A DNA stretch of 64,000 bases from Blastocladiella emersonii ATCC 22665 (taxonomy: Eukaryota; Fungi; Blastocladiomycota): NCBI GenBank assembly GCA_025594325.1, contig JANHCV010000001.1:558001-622000 (forward strand), in the 5' to 3' direction. Of this stretch, positions 36,768-51,225 are shown in pieces (the stretch's first letter is position 1; each line of letters opens with the position of its first letter). Under the pieces are notes generated by a model, which was given only the letters and a program-made list of their open reading frames with translations, ran no database searches and was not told the origin of the DNA. The position numbers and the translations under genes were made by a program.

Positions 36768-37954
36768 GGCGAAGGCGATGGGTCGATGGGCGGGCGTAGT
36801 GGCGCCGCCGTCAAGTGGCGCGAGGCAGCGCGAGGCAATCCGAGTGCCGTGCGTGCGGGTGTGATGGGCGCAGCGCGTGCCGGGTCGGTTGGATCGGGGC
36901 ACAGCGAGCCTTGTGCGCCGATGCGGCAAGTGTGCGTGAGGTTGGTTGATGCGTTGCAGTACGAAAGGGAGGAAGGCGCTCCTCTTCGGGCTACGGTCGA
37001 AGGAGCGGGCGCTTCGGAGAGAAGAAGCCGAAGCAGCGGAGGGGGCGGGCGATGGAAGCGGGGTGTGTGCGGGGGGTGCGGGCGACCTTTGAACCCGTGG
37101 GGCCCGCCGGGTTTCACTCGCTGCCGCCGCGGCTCTCTGACTCTGACGCACAAATCTGCGCGGCCATGGCGAGGGTACATGGCCCGCTATCCCTCACGCA
37201 CGCGACGGCGACGAACGGCGCCTCCGACCCCACACCACACCACGCCGCCGACCGACCTCGCCATCCTCACACCACGGCGGTCCCGCGACCACGACGACGT
37301 CGTTATCCGCCGCGGTGGACCCGGACCCGCGACGGCGGCGGCGCGTACGGAACCCCCCGACGCCGCAGCGCCGTGTTCCTGAAACGCGGGCGTAGAAGAT
37401 CTTGCGCCACACCGCGACGGACGACGCTCTTGTTCTCTCTCACTCAGAGTGACTCGCTATCGCGCTGTATGGTGTGGGGGCGACCGAGGTGGAGGAGGGG
37501 ACGCGTGAAGCAGCGGGCAGGGCCAGGGACCCGGCCTGATCCGGCTGTGGCGCGGGGGTGATCCTTCGACCGAGCCGACCCTTCGACTTCCATCGACGTG
37601 CTGCATCGCATGGGCCCAACAGCGGCCGTGAGGGAGAGAGAACCCGCGAGCAGCCAACCCGGCGTGTGATCGGCCGTCCCGCATGAAGCCGCCGTGTCGG
37701 CTCGAGTGCCTGGCCTTCTCGAAGGCCGAGGCGCGGAAGGAGGTTGCGAGTGGTGCCGGCGCGGCCGCGGACGCGTTGCGCCTCACGGATCCGTGATCTG
37801 CAAGGAGTGCGAGACAGAGCGCGAGACATTCCCCCGCGTAGCACCGAGTCAGGTGACCCCACGCGAGTGAAATCGCACCCACCTCGTCGCGTGTTCTCGG
37901 TTGACTCGATCCCCACCCACCGCGCCGCGCCGCGCGCGCGTGTGTCGCCGCTGA

Positions 37955-40381
<2,427 letters not shown>

Positions 40382-40596
40382 CGCGTGTCGCCGTCGCTCG
40401 TGATGATAATTACAGTTGCCTAGTTTCTAGCACACTCGCACCGAGTTGAGTTGAGGAGTAGTGGCTGAGCTCGCCCTCGGGTTGCGGCGCGCGGTGCGAG
40501 CTGTGGCACCTCCCCTCGTCTTCCGCCACGGGGCCCCGCGCACCGCTTCTCCTCTCAAATCCCGACTCTTTGAATGAAAACTCAATAGACAAAACC

Positions 40597-41145
40597 ATGA
40601 ACGCTGTACCCGCTGCTACGGCCACCGTCCCGCCGCCGCCGCCGTACCCGCGCGACCACCGCCTTGCCGGCAGCAGCAGCCACGACACGCTGGTCCCGCT
40701 CGCGCCCGCCGTCGCCGCCGGTTCCCTCGAGAAGACTGCGGACGCCGCGGCGACGCTCATCCCCGTCGGCCTCGAGTATGCGAGTGACAGCGACGTGAGC
40801 GACTCAGAAACCGCGCCGTGGGTCGGCGGGCGGCGGCGGGGACGCGGACGTGGGAGACGCGCGCGCGGCGGCGCCGGCGTGGCGTGGTACCGCGACCCGT
40901 GCAAGCTGACCAAGGAACGCACGCGCGGCGTTGTTGAGGGTGATGAGGCCTTGCTGACAGAGGAGTGTAGGCCGTGCTCGGATCCGTGGTCCTGCTGTGG
41001 ATCGCCAGCGTCATGTACCTCGTGCTCTCGTTTGCGCCCGCCGCTGCGCCGACGCCGCAGGCTGGTCCTGCTGCCGGCAGCGCGTGAGCGGTGGATTGCG
41101 CTACTTGAAGAATATAGACACCATAGAGACTTCATCGCGGACTGA
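40597..41145 (+). CDS. Hypothetical short protein
   Basis: ATG-started ORF with host codon bias in its first half; exon structure unclear. Confidence 0.4.
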   Translation: MNAVPAATATVPPPPPYPRDHRLAGSSSHDTLVPLAPAVAAGSLEKTADAAATLIPVGLEYASDSDVSDSETAPWVGGRRRGRGRGRRARGGAGVAWYRDPCKLTKERTRGVVEGDEALLTEECRPCSDPWSCCGSPASCTSCSRLRPPLRRRRRLVLLPAARERWIALLEEYRHHRDFIAD

Positions 41146-41273
41146 GCGTTTCGCGAGGGGAGGGAGACGGACGGGCAGCGACGCGCTCGTGGCCGGCTGT
41201 CTCCGTGTGGCTCAGCCTCTCCGCTGCTTTCCACCTTGAACCTCAACCAGCGCTCGCCGCACAACGTAACTCG

Positions 41274-42314
41274 ATGCATCTTCCACCCTCGGCCACGCGC
41301 GCCGCTGCCGCCGCCGCAGCAACGACAACACGGTGGCGCCCGCGCGCGCTCGTGCAGACGGCCATCACGAGCCCGTCGAACCCGACCGTCAAGCACCTCG
41401 CGAGCCTCGTCTCGAGCAAGCCGTACCGCCTCGAGCACGAGCAGCTCGTCGTCTTCGGCCGTTCCGCCATCAGCGACCTCGCGCGGCACGCCGGGATCAT
41501 CGTCGTCGCGACGTTCGGGTCCGGCCCGACCGCGGGCATCTCGCTCCCGGCCTCGCGCCGGCTACACCCGCCGCACACGCAGATCTCACGCGAGGTCGCG
41601 CGCAAGATCGCGGGCACGGCGAGCGCGACGGCCGAGACGCTCGCGCTCGTTGACTTCCCCGCGTGGGCGTCGTCACGCTCGGCTTCAACGCCGGCGCACG
41701 AGTGGCTCGCGGCGCACCTCCCGCCAACCGCACCGCGCCTGCTCGTGCTCAACGGGCTGCAGGACCCGGGCAACGTCGGCACGCTGTTCCGCACCGCGTC
41801 GGCCTTCGGCTGGCACGCCGTCGCGCTGACGGGCGCCGCGGCCGTCGACCCGTGGAACGATAAGGTCATGCGCGCGGCCAAGGCGACCGCGCTCGTTGTC
41901 CCGTGGCGCCGGCTCGATGACGGAGGCGAGGGGAAGGGGTGGGACGGCGTCGCGGAATGGTGCCGCCGCCAGTCGCGCGCGCCGAGGGTGTGGATCGCGG
42001 ACACGGTCGTGGACGCAGCAGCGGCAGAAGCACCAGTACCGTCCGAGGAAGCCCCGCCAACCGTCCTGATCCTCAGCGGCGAGGCGCACGGCGTCATGGG
42101 GAACCCGATCCCCGTCAGCGCGCTGGTCAATGCGGGCGCCGAGGTGCGCCGCGTCGCGGTACCGATGCCCGGCGGTGTCGCCGACAGCCTCAACGTGGCC
42201 ATGGCCGGCAGCGTGCTCATGTGGGAGCTCTCGGTCCGCGGTAACGACGGGCTGCGGGTGTCCGAGGCGGCGGCGCCAGCGCCAGCGGTGACGATCTCAG
42301 AGCAGCAGCAATAG
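41274..42314 (+). CDS. SpoU/TrmH (SPOUT) RNA 2'-O-methyltransferase, MRM3/RNMTL1-like, probable mitochondrial presequence
   Basis: ITSPSNPTVK, LQDPGNVGTLFRTA, DPWNDKVMRAA, ILSGEAHGV, VPMPGGVADSLNVAMAGSVLMWEL. Confidence 0.87.
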   Translation: MHLPPSATRAAAAAAATTTRWRPRALVQTAITSPSNPTVKHLASLVSSKPYRLEHEQLVVFGRSAISDLARHAGIIVVATFGSGPTAGISLPASRRLHPPHTQISREVARKIAGTASATAETLALVDFPAWASSRSASTPAHEWLAAHLPPTAPRLLVLNGLQDPGNVGTLFRTASAFGWHAVALTGAAAVDPWNDKVMRAAKATALVVPWRRLDDGGEGKGWDGVAEWCRRQSRAPRVWIADTVVDAAAAEAPVPSEEAPPTVLILSGEAHGVMGNPIPVSALVNAGAEVRRVAVPMPGGVADSLNVAMAGSVLMWELSVRGNDGLRVSEAAAPAPAVTISEQQQ

Positions 42315-42972
42315 ACAGCTGGTTCAACAAGCGAGAGAGGACCCCGTTGAGGTCGGAGAGAGCTCACGTTCAGAGTGAGAAACTGGGCGGGCGACCAATG
42401 GTGATCTGCACAGCGACTCTCGCCCTGACTCAAAGACGGTCGGAAGTCGGCGTTCCAAAGTGCAATTGAGTGTCCATTGAGCGGTCAGAGTCTGGTTCAA
42501 GGATGGAGGGAGGGAGAGAGGGAGGAAGGGAGGGGTCACCGCCGCCGCTGGCGCAACATCATGCGGGACCAGCCGTTGATCGACACCGCCTCGCCGCCCC
42601 ACCGCGGGATCAGCACGACCTGGACGCCGCGCCGGGAACGTGCATGACGTGCGTCATGTTCTCGAGCCCCGCATCCAGCGCCGGGGTCACGAGGAGCGTC
42701 ACGGGCGCGGGCGACACCGCTGGCATTGCGGCAGCCGCGGCGATGAGGAGATGGCACGCATGGCGCGTGGCATTGAGCGGCAGGCGGAGCGTGTTGTCGT
42801 TGGCGAGGAGCGCATTGCGGGACCGAGCGCGGCGCACGTCGGCGCGTCTGCGCCGTCGGGGTCCGCCGCGTCCAGGAGGACGGCCGCGAGCGGGCCGAGG
42901 TTGTCGGCCGCGGTGCACGGCGGGTAGGAGGAGGGAGCGGCCCGCCTGCGTAGCCCGCGTCGTCTGCGTCGT

Positions 42973-43725
42973 CTACACGGCCGCGGGGATGTCAGTGCCC
43001 GAGTGATCAGCGTCCGTATCACGGTGGGCGGCGCGGCAGCGAGCGGCGCGGCCGAGTGGGATGACCGCGATCCAGTCCGGAGCCGGCGACGGCTCCTCGC
43101 CAAGCGGCGGCGGCGGAGGCGGGGGCAGCTGGTAGACGGGCAGCTGCGGGTGCGAGATCTCGGTGGGCGGCGCGCGGAGCGGGCTGGACGCGGCGGGGCG
43201 GTCGTACTGCGTGACGAGCGGGTCGATCTCCTCGTAGGTCAGCGACAGCCACGCATAGCCGAGCAGCTCGGTGTCGTTATCGCTGTCCTCGCCGACGGCG
43301 TCGTCGTCGGAACGCGAGGCGTGGTGGTCGCGGCGGCGCCACTCGATGCGCATCGGGAAGTAGATGTGGGGCAAGGGCCAGATATCGACGACCTCGTCCT
43401 TGCGCCCGGAGGGAAGAACCATGTCGTGGATGACCTTGGACGCGTGGCGGCCGAGGATGGTGACGTGGACGGCGAAGCCCGCGAGGTTGGTGAAGCGGAG
43501 CACGGTGTGGGTCACAAAGTTGGCGGGCGGCGGCTCGACGAGGAGGGCGATGCCGGGATACTCGTCGAGGGCGCGCGGCGGGCCAAACGCGGCGTAGTAG
43601 GTGGTGTCGAGCATGCTGCGGAGCGGCATCAGCGGCACGGCCCAGGGCTCTCCGGGGCGGGCGGGGCGGGTGCCGTCCGGGGTGTAGGTGAGGACCTCGA
43701 AGTAGTGGTCGCCGTAGCGGGCCAT
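42973..43725 (-). CDS. Hypothetical protein, best-preserved member of a local family (family F)
   Basis: ORF MARYGDHYFEV...LDEYPGIAL..HTVLRFTN..FPMRIEW..LLGYAWL; degenerate homologs at 48700-49568 and 50893-51225; 3' end uncertain. Confidence 0.55.
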   Translation of the reverse strand: MARYGDHYFEVLTYTPDGTRPARPGEPWAVPLMPLRSMLDTTYYAAFGPPRALDEYPGIALLVEPPPANFVTHTVLRFTNLAGFAVHVTILGRHASKVIHDMVLPSGRKDEVVDIWPLPHIYFPMRIEWRRRDHHASRSDDDAVGEDSDNDTELLGYAWLSLTYEEIDPLVTQYDRPAASSPLRAPPTEISHPQLPVYQLPPPPPPPLGEEPSPAPDWIAVIPLGRAARCRAAHRDTDADHSGTDIPAAV

Positions 43726-44096
43726 GCTGCGACTGCGACTGCGACTGCGTGTGTGCGAGCAGGGCGGCGTGCGAGGAGTTGCGGGCGCCACGGGTGGATG
43801 GGCGGCGGCGGGGAGCGGGGGGAGGAGCAGGGGAGGAGAGAGCGCCGGCCGCGACGAGCGAGCAAACGCGACTCTGCGAAATCCGAACGCGCGTGCTCGT
43901 TTCGCCTCGTTTCGGGTAAATTTGGCGGCCCGTGCGACCCACGCGACTCTGAAACACGCCGCGTCGCGCCTCTTCCACCTCCGCCCTCCTCCCTGGGACC
44001 ACACTCAGCAACTGCTCGGAGCCGAACAAATAGCCCATCTAGGTCCGCTCATCCACTGCCCGATCCGCTCAGCTTCGCCTGGAGCACCGCGCCAAT

Positions 44097-45110
44097 TCTC
44101 AGCTGTAGCTTTAGCGAAGCTGAGTTTCTGTTTGAGCAAATTGAAGCTATTTCAGAGACATCAACCACTCGTGATGGCGCGCGTCAGCAAGCGCGCGATT
44201 CAGGATGACGGCCAGCCCATCATCGTCGCAGCGCTCAGCAAGGTGCTTGGCCGCTCTCGCAATCTGCATGTCGTCATCGTCGGCGGAGGCGGCGGCGGCG
44301 GCGTCCGGATCATCCGACGAATCAGTGAAGTCCCCTCTCACCGCGGCACACCGCTTCTGACCCTCCTGGTGCACGTCAGCAACCCGGCAACCATCGCCGC
44401 CGCGCACCTGGTCTCAGCCTTCTCAACCACAGCTTCCTTGGTCTTGAATGGTGCCGCCAACGCAGCCTCGTATCATTTTGACGAGGAAGATCGCATACTT
44501 GGTGTTGTCACGACCAAAGTGGCATACGCCCGTACCGCGTGCTGCGCAGGCGCCGTGACAACAAGGGGGCGCAGGCCGGCGGGTTCATTGACTGAGACTT
44601 GTGGATCAAGACATGGACGGATGTTAGAGAATATGGCGCTGCGGGCGAGCCGCGCTCGGGCACGCGACGTACCGCACTGGCTTCGCAGCGGAACGGGTGC
44701 GTGAGTCGACTGGTTCTTTGACCGAGTCTCGTGAACCGACACCATTGCCAAGTGCTCGATAAACTGACGCTGCGTGTGAGCCGCGCTCGGAAACAAGTCG
44801 GCGTAGGCTGCCTGCGACCTTGGCCGCAAGGGTCGCTCCCGCTGATCGATTTCGCCAACTGGCACGAAATCTCGGGCCGCTAGAGCGACATGTTTGAGTT
44901 CAGCCTCATATTCGACCATTGGTCACGGATTTGAGTGCTCTTTCAATTGAGTAACGCGATTCTCTGCTTCATGGCGCTCATGTCCGTGACACGTTGGCCT
45001 TGGTCGCGTGCCCGCCACGCGCGTCGAACCTGCGCCGTTGCTCTCATCATCCTCACAACAGACTAATGCTACAGCTGAGATCCAAGCGTGTGCGCAGCAC
45101 ACACACCTAG
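44097..45110 (+). mobile_element. Candidate non-autonomous Helitron2/Helentron-like element, short copy
   Basis: 5' TCTCAGCTGTAGC pairs with GCTACAGCTGAGA (45068-45080), followed by hairpin GTGTGC-GCA-GCACAC and CTAG; homologous to 52098-56788; no TSD. Confidence 0.5.
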
Positions 45111-45639
45111 TGGTGCTGCAACGATATGGCGTTCGGTTCGTGGCGTGCTGGTTCCGCGGTAGGGCGGCTTTGATGAGGTGGAGTTCGTGAGTTGCACAAA
45201 ACGCGACCCACTCCTCGTCCAGCTCCTCTCTCTCTTCCCGTCACCCTATACCCATGACCCGTGCCCATGTAAGTTTATGAACTTGCTGCAACTATTTGTT
45301 TAAAGCTATCTATTCCCGAAGTCCTCGAAAAGATCCTCGTCCACGCGGTCCGGCTCCACCTCCACGACAAACTGAACGACTTGCGCGGCCTCGCGCAGTA
45401 TGCCCGCGTCACTTTGCATGGACAATGTCCCGCTGTTCTTCGTGCCATCTTGCATGGAACGCCCAAACTTTCCGTGTAAGCGGCTAGCGCGCGAGACGAC
45501 TTTGTTGTGCTCAATACTTAGATCCGTTCACGTCTTCCTATCAAGGATGCGACCATTTCCACCGCCATCACGTCGGCCGCTAATAACCGCCAGCTGCGAA
45601 CCCTTGAGTGGTGGCGCGACTGTGGACTCCCCTTAACGT

Positions 45640-46239
45640 GTCCTCAAGACCTGGGTTGTGATGCTACCTGGCTTCTGTTTAACAGCGGCGATGAAGGTGA
45701 TCTGTGCTCCTTTGTAAACGCAGTTGTGCCTCCCATGGTTTTTGTTATTGAACGTGGGTTCACCTCGTGTCTCGACTTTATGCACCGTGCCATTGACGAC
45801 GCCGGAATCCAGGCCATCAACAACGCGCTTGCCAAGGATCCGCTGCTAGCTATCGCGTCGGCTACTTTCGACGTGTCAACTCTTGACATACCTGCGTCTT
45901 CCCACCTCTCTTCAATCGTTAAACTTGGACGCGTACTGGTTCCAGCATGACGGTTTGGCCGCGTACGATGATTCGTGGTCGTGGCCACCCCAGCTTATCT
46001 CCCTTCGCATCACGCGGTGCACACTCGGCTCCAAGTCTCATCCTCTTGTCGACCCTCTGCTGCTACGCAAATTACTTCCCACGCTGACCAAGCTTTCGCT
46101 CACCTACTGTTCCTTTGATGGCGAAGACGGATTTCTCGAACTGGCGCGGTACATCCCGCCCACGGTGCATTCTCTGACGCTTGCAAAGATTGGCTTGACA
46201 GGAAAACAGCTTCCCCGCCTGTTTAATCTGCAGAGCTGA
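45640..46239 (+). pseudogene. Frameshifted leucine-rich-repeat (RNI/FNIP-like) gene
   Basis: LPTSLQSLNL, WPPQLISLRI, LLPTLTKLSLTYC, IPPTVHSLTL; frame break near 45885. Confidence 0.6.
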
Positions 46240-46650
46240 GCGAACCCTTGGCCAGTGAGTTCCGTCCCAATGAGGGTCAGAGAACGGATTGTCGACGGCA
46301 TGCACTGGATAGACGAGTTTGAGTGCTCCGGCGTCACCAAGCGAGCATTTGAGCAACGTGAGCTTGGTCACGGTCGGCGGAAGCTTACGGAGAAGACCGC
46401 GCGTCGCCAAGTGGATTAGACAGCGAGTAGTCCGAGATCTCGAGGATAGACAGTTGAGCGGGCCACGACCAGCTCGCCGAGTAGTACGGCGACAGGCCCT
46501 GGCGCGGGAACCATTCAGCGGCGAGCTCGAGTTTCCGGATCGAGTCGGGAATGCGCAGCGCCATGAACCGCTGAGCGTCGATAGTGCAGTCCAAAGAACG
46601 AAACCACCTCAATGGCCCGAGGTGCTCGAGACATTGCGTCGTTGAGGATA
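46230..46650 (-). pseudogene. Frameshifted LRR paralog, convergent with the previous one
   Basis: IPDSIRKLEL, WSWPAQLSILEI, LPPTVTKLTLLKCSL, MPSTIRSLTL spread over three frames. Confidence 0.6.
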
Positions 46651-47631
46651 CAGACCCCCTCGTTTCGTTGGTCAACAACAATGCCGAGGAATTCGGTCGC
46701 GTTGCCTGCAAGCTACACGCCAGGCGAAAGTGGCTGAACAAACCGCTTGGCGGCGAAATCGACAAGCCAAGGAAGAATTGCGACAAAGGCGTCGATTCGC
46801 TGGATCCAGCGTTTCTCCATCCAATCCGAGCGTTTGAAGCGGGGTCCTCGCCCGCGCATGAAGTCTCCCGTCGTAATTGCCATTGACCGGGTTTCCCGCG
46901 CAGAACACTGCAAAAGTCTGTCTCCTTGGCTCCGGACCCGCCGGTCGTCAGGACTCGCCAAAGTGAGGGCAGCGCAATTATTGTGCACACACGGGTACAC
47001 GATGAGGTCGCACGCGTCACGTACAGCATCAACGAGCGTGCGAGAAAGCGGGATCAGTTTGCACCCGGGCCTGCAGAATCACCGTTGCAAAAGTCGGCAA
47101 ACGCACACCCGAGAAGGATTACGGGCGCGAGACAAGGACACGCGCTTGCCAACCGAGATGCTGAGGCAATCCGGCGACGACCACCACCTGCGTGAGCATC
47201 TCGGCAAGTGCCTGGTCAAGAGCACAAGTCGGATTCAGGAATGCACAAAGAGAAGAAGCTGATTTCACAGTTTTACCGGTCTCTGACGAGCTGAAAACAA
47301 CGGGCGAGGCATGATGATGCCTGGCGAGCAGGTCGATGAGAGCAGAGCGACCGACCGCTTACTCCACTTTGAGGACGTGAGCATAATACAAGAAGAGGGA
47401 GGTCATTCGACGTCCAAGGCAGCTAATGCATGTAGTTACATACGCGGCAAAGCCGCTATGGTCATGGATTGCGTTCAAGACGCAGGGGAAGCGAGCGAGC
47501 TCGGCTCCCAGCTCCGGCTCTGGTGCGCCGCCGCGGATCATGTAAGCCACAGCCACGTGACGGCGGATCGAGATGAAAGTCGCGTCCGCGGGCAACCAAA
47601 ACCCACCCTGCCTGTCGCCGTGTCCCCGACT

Positions 47632-47701
47632 CTGTTCTTGACTGTTCTTGACTGTTCTTGACTGTTCTTGACTGTTCTTGACTGTTCTTGACTGTTCTTG
47701 A
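47632..47701. repeat. Tandem repeat (CTGTTCTTGA)x7
   Basis: Seven perfect 10-bp units with no spacers. Confidence 0.95.
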
Positions 47702-48699
47702 GCGACGCAGGTGGTCACGTCACGTCGCGACGTGTGAGGCGTCGTTTCGCACCAACAGGAATGAATGGCTGGGTGGGCTCGCTCATACATCGTCTGGAAT
47801 GAAATCATAATTCTCGCGACACAAATCGTACAATGGGCGAGCAAATACAAGAGGGGGCGGGAAGAAAAAAAAAAGGGAAGGAATTGGCCGCATTTCGGAG
47901 GGCTAAGTCGGATTGCGCGCTGCTTCTTACCACACAGGAGTCGTCGTCAAGGAGCCAAGGAATAGGAATCGAACTCGGCCCCACACACAACAACCCCATA
48001 CCGCGCCGTCCAACACCCTCACTAATCTGCAGGCATACGCTCAGTCCCGGCAAGAGCCTAGTGCTGCTGCCCCCCAACGAAGATCTATCGCGCAAAGAAA
48101 TCCAAGTCTCTTCTCCGCACTCTGGTCTGGCCTGGCCGGTGGTGCGGTGGAGGTGGTGGCGCAGCCGGGGTGGGGGCGCGCGCAAAAGTGGGAGACGACG
48201 CGTCACTGACCGACAACGAACTGACGACCGCTCTGGCCTCCTCCTTCGCCTCTAGCACTCTTCAATTCCGGCTCCGTATTGAGCGTCCGATTTTCCAAAT
48301 CTATGCATTGCTTCTTAGCTTCACGTGCATCTCATCATGCTATCCCTGCATTGGGAAATGGGGCCCCCCAATTTCCCAATGTGGGTTATCAGTAACCAAC
48401 CAAATTGGATACAGTTCAAGTCAAACAACGAGCAGGTGGGAGGAAGCAGACGGCCACAACCACCGCGCCAGCGCAGGAACCCATGAGCCAGCCCGTGAGC
48501 CTGATTCGTTGACCTTTTCGACCTCCCACTATTTCCCTTTTACTCGGAGTTGGGCGGCAGCGAGCTCTGCATCGGGGAGGCCGGAGAAACAGGGTCGGCG
48601 CTGACGCTGGAAGACGCGTCAGCGACCGCTGGGTCATGGCTGGCCTTGACCCCGTGCAGACCGTTGTCGTCATTGGTGGCGGCGGCTGTGTTGCTGGAG

Positions 48700-49568
48700 T
48701 CGGAAGACGCAACGACTGGCGAAGTAGCGGGCGTGAGAGCGAGGGGCGGAGTGGAGTCCGGTGCCGCTCTGACCATGCGGTACCATGCGAAGGAGCAAGA
48801 CATGTTCAACGTCAAGCTCAATGCGATTGAAATCTCCTGGGTCCGCCCTTCGAGATCGGTCACGACCTTGAAGTTGCGGTACGATGGCATGCCTTCATCG
48901 TCGCGATCCAGAGCGCGAGCGCGATCAGCCATCGCCCGCACGCACCATTGGGGGACTGGACTCGCCGCCGTCCGAGGCAACTTGCGGGTGCGGGAGACCT
49001 GCAGAAATCGCGGCGACAACAGGTGCAACCTTCATTTGGTTGCTGCGCTCAATCAGGGGGCTAACTTTGGAGGCGAGTCCGATCCAAAAGAACCCGAGCT
49101 GTGTGGCTTCAATTGGACAAAGACAAAAATTGACGTTGTCACTGTGGTCGCGGTCCGTCGATTTGGCAAGACACCACTCGACGCGCAGCGGGAGCACGGG
49201 GTGGGCAAGCTGACCCAAGTTGATGAGAAGCAACTCAAGACCCAATACAAACGTGAATTCGGCCAGAAGCTCGCCGCTCGTACACGAAATAAGATGAACA
49301 ACAAGTGCGGAGCCGGAATTATTTCCGAGACGCAGGATCGTCTACGTATCAAAAAACGGGATGTTGGTTTAAATGGCGCATCTGGGATACGTGTCAAGCT
49401 GGACAACGGAGCGGCTGGGCGCAGCATGGACCGCGTAAAAGGCATGGGCGAGAATCGTCTAGATCTGTTCCAAGATACGCTCGTTGTTCAGACTCACTCC
49501 ATATGGGCGGTCGTGCCGGGACCAACAGACAACAGCTTGAGCGACATATTGCGGTAGAAGTGCGCCAT
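48700..49568 (-). pseudogene. Family F pseudogene
   Basis: LDTYPRCAI*, TILRLGN, LPLRVEW and QLGFFWIGL align with 42973-43725; several in-frame stops. Confidence 0.55.
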
Positions 49569-49814
49569 GGCGGAAGCGAGGAAGAAGAGCGCGCGCGGTG
49601 CGATGATTTGGCAGTCTGGTAGCTTGTAAAAGCCGGCGGGGACGTTGCCCAGAGTTATATCAGTTTTGCGTAGCGGGGCAGCGAGCTGTAGTGAGGGGAG
49701 CGGGGAGTGAGGGAGGGCGAGAGCCGACGCGTGGGAAGTCGGCGCAGCGCGTTGTTTCACCACGGTGCGCGCGAGTGGCGACGTCAGCTGACGCTGGCTG
49801 TTTCCCTTCCCCCC

Positions 49815-50630
49815 TCATTGCCGTTTCCCTCTCGCGAGCATCACCACGCTTGTGGAACTGGTAACACTGAAAATTTTTGACGAAACGACCAGGGGAAGGT
49901 GAGTGGAATCGACGTAATCGCGCTGCGAGCGGCAGTCGACGCGGCCCATCCCCTGCGGCCGTGACACCCACAGCCCGCCGTTGCCGCGAACCGGGAGATC
50001 CCACATGGACACGCTGCTGGCCATGGCCGCGTTGAGGCTGTAGGCGACGCCGCCGGGCATCGGGTTCGCGACCCAAAGCTTCTTGGCGCCCGCCCTAACC
50101 AGCGCGCTGGCAGGAATCGGGTTGCCTGCAACACCGTGCGCCTTGCCGCTGAGGATCAAGACTGTTGGCGTCGCATCTTCTTCTTGCGGCTCAGCATACG
50201 AAGACCCTCCTGCTTCCGCCGCCGCGTCAACGATCGTCTCGGCGATCCACACCCTCAGCGCGCGCGCCAGGTTGCAACACCACTCAGCGACGTGGGGAAG
50301 TCAACAAGGCGCGAGCGTCCCGGCCGTCGCGCTCGCGGTTCCCACGATTTTGCGCGCGACCTCGCGCGAAATCTACATGTGCGCTGGGTAGACTTGGCGC
50401 GAGGCAAGAGGGAGATGCCCGCGGTTGGACCCGACCCAAACGTTGCAACGACGTCAATCCCAGCGTGCCAAGCGAGATCGCTGATGGCGGAGCGGCCAAA
50501 GACGACGATCTACTTGTCCTCAAAGCGGTACGGCTTGCTCGACACGAGGCTTGGGAGGTGCTTGACGGTCGGGTTCGACGGGCTCGTGATGGCCGGCTGG
50601 AACAGCACACGAGATGCGACCTGATCCGAT
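49815..50630 (-). pseudogene. Degenerate copy of the SpoU methyltransferase gene
   Basis: High nucleotide similarity to 41340-42260 (ITSPSNPTVKHL, VLILSGKAHGV, PMPGGVAYSLNAAMA); premature TAG, frameshifts, and deletion of the DPGNVG segment. Confidence 0.85.
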
Positions 50631-50892
50631 TGTTGCGGCTGTGAACAGAAACTGAACCAAGATCTCACACTTACTTCCGTCGCGCATTCCAGGGTTCGCA
50701 CACAACTCGCGGGTGGCTTGGCGGCCGCCCCAAAACTCAGTGATGCTTGGATTGATGTGCTCTCGAAAATATATCCGTGGTTCCAAATGTCCAGATATCA
50801 ATAGAGGTCACCGTTCTCGAACAATTGCTTGTTCGTCTGGACCACTGCCCGCTGTGAGGGGGTTTGAGGGTTCGACGAACAACACGTTATAT

Positions 50893-51225
50893 TCAACACG
50901 CAAAGTACACAGCGGTCATCAAAAAGGAGAGACTGCGAAGGGCCGTGTTAAATCGAAACGAGGGCGGCGCGACGGCGCTGATCACCGACAGTCCAATGCT
51001 TGTGATCTGAGTTCCGCTGATGCTCAAGATTAAGAGCGAAGCTGGATAGTTGGCGGCAAGAAGCCGCGCAGATCGGTCGGTGACCCCAGGGTTGAAGGCC
51101 AGGTGAAAGGCATGGGCGAGCATCGTTTCCAAGACACGCCCGGTGTTTGGACCCGTTTCGTGATTGGCGTCGGCAGGCTCCGCGGCCAGCAGCTCGAGCA
51201 ACATGTTGCGGTAGATGAAAGGCAT
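50893..51225 (-). pseudogene. Family F 5' fragment
   Basis: MPFIYRNMLLELL..LETMLAHAF matches MAHFYRNMSLKLL..TILAHAF; about 230 bp of upstream DNA (51210-51440) is also similar to 49555-49800. Confidence 0.5.

Noticed and set aside
42325-42500. Structured ncRNA downstream of the SpoU gene
   Set aside because: Composition differs from its surroundings, but I recognised no snRNA, snoRNA or tRNA motif.
47632-47701. CRISPR-like array
   Set aside because: Contiguous 10-bp units with no spacers; eukaryotic context; no cas genes.
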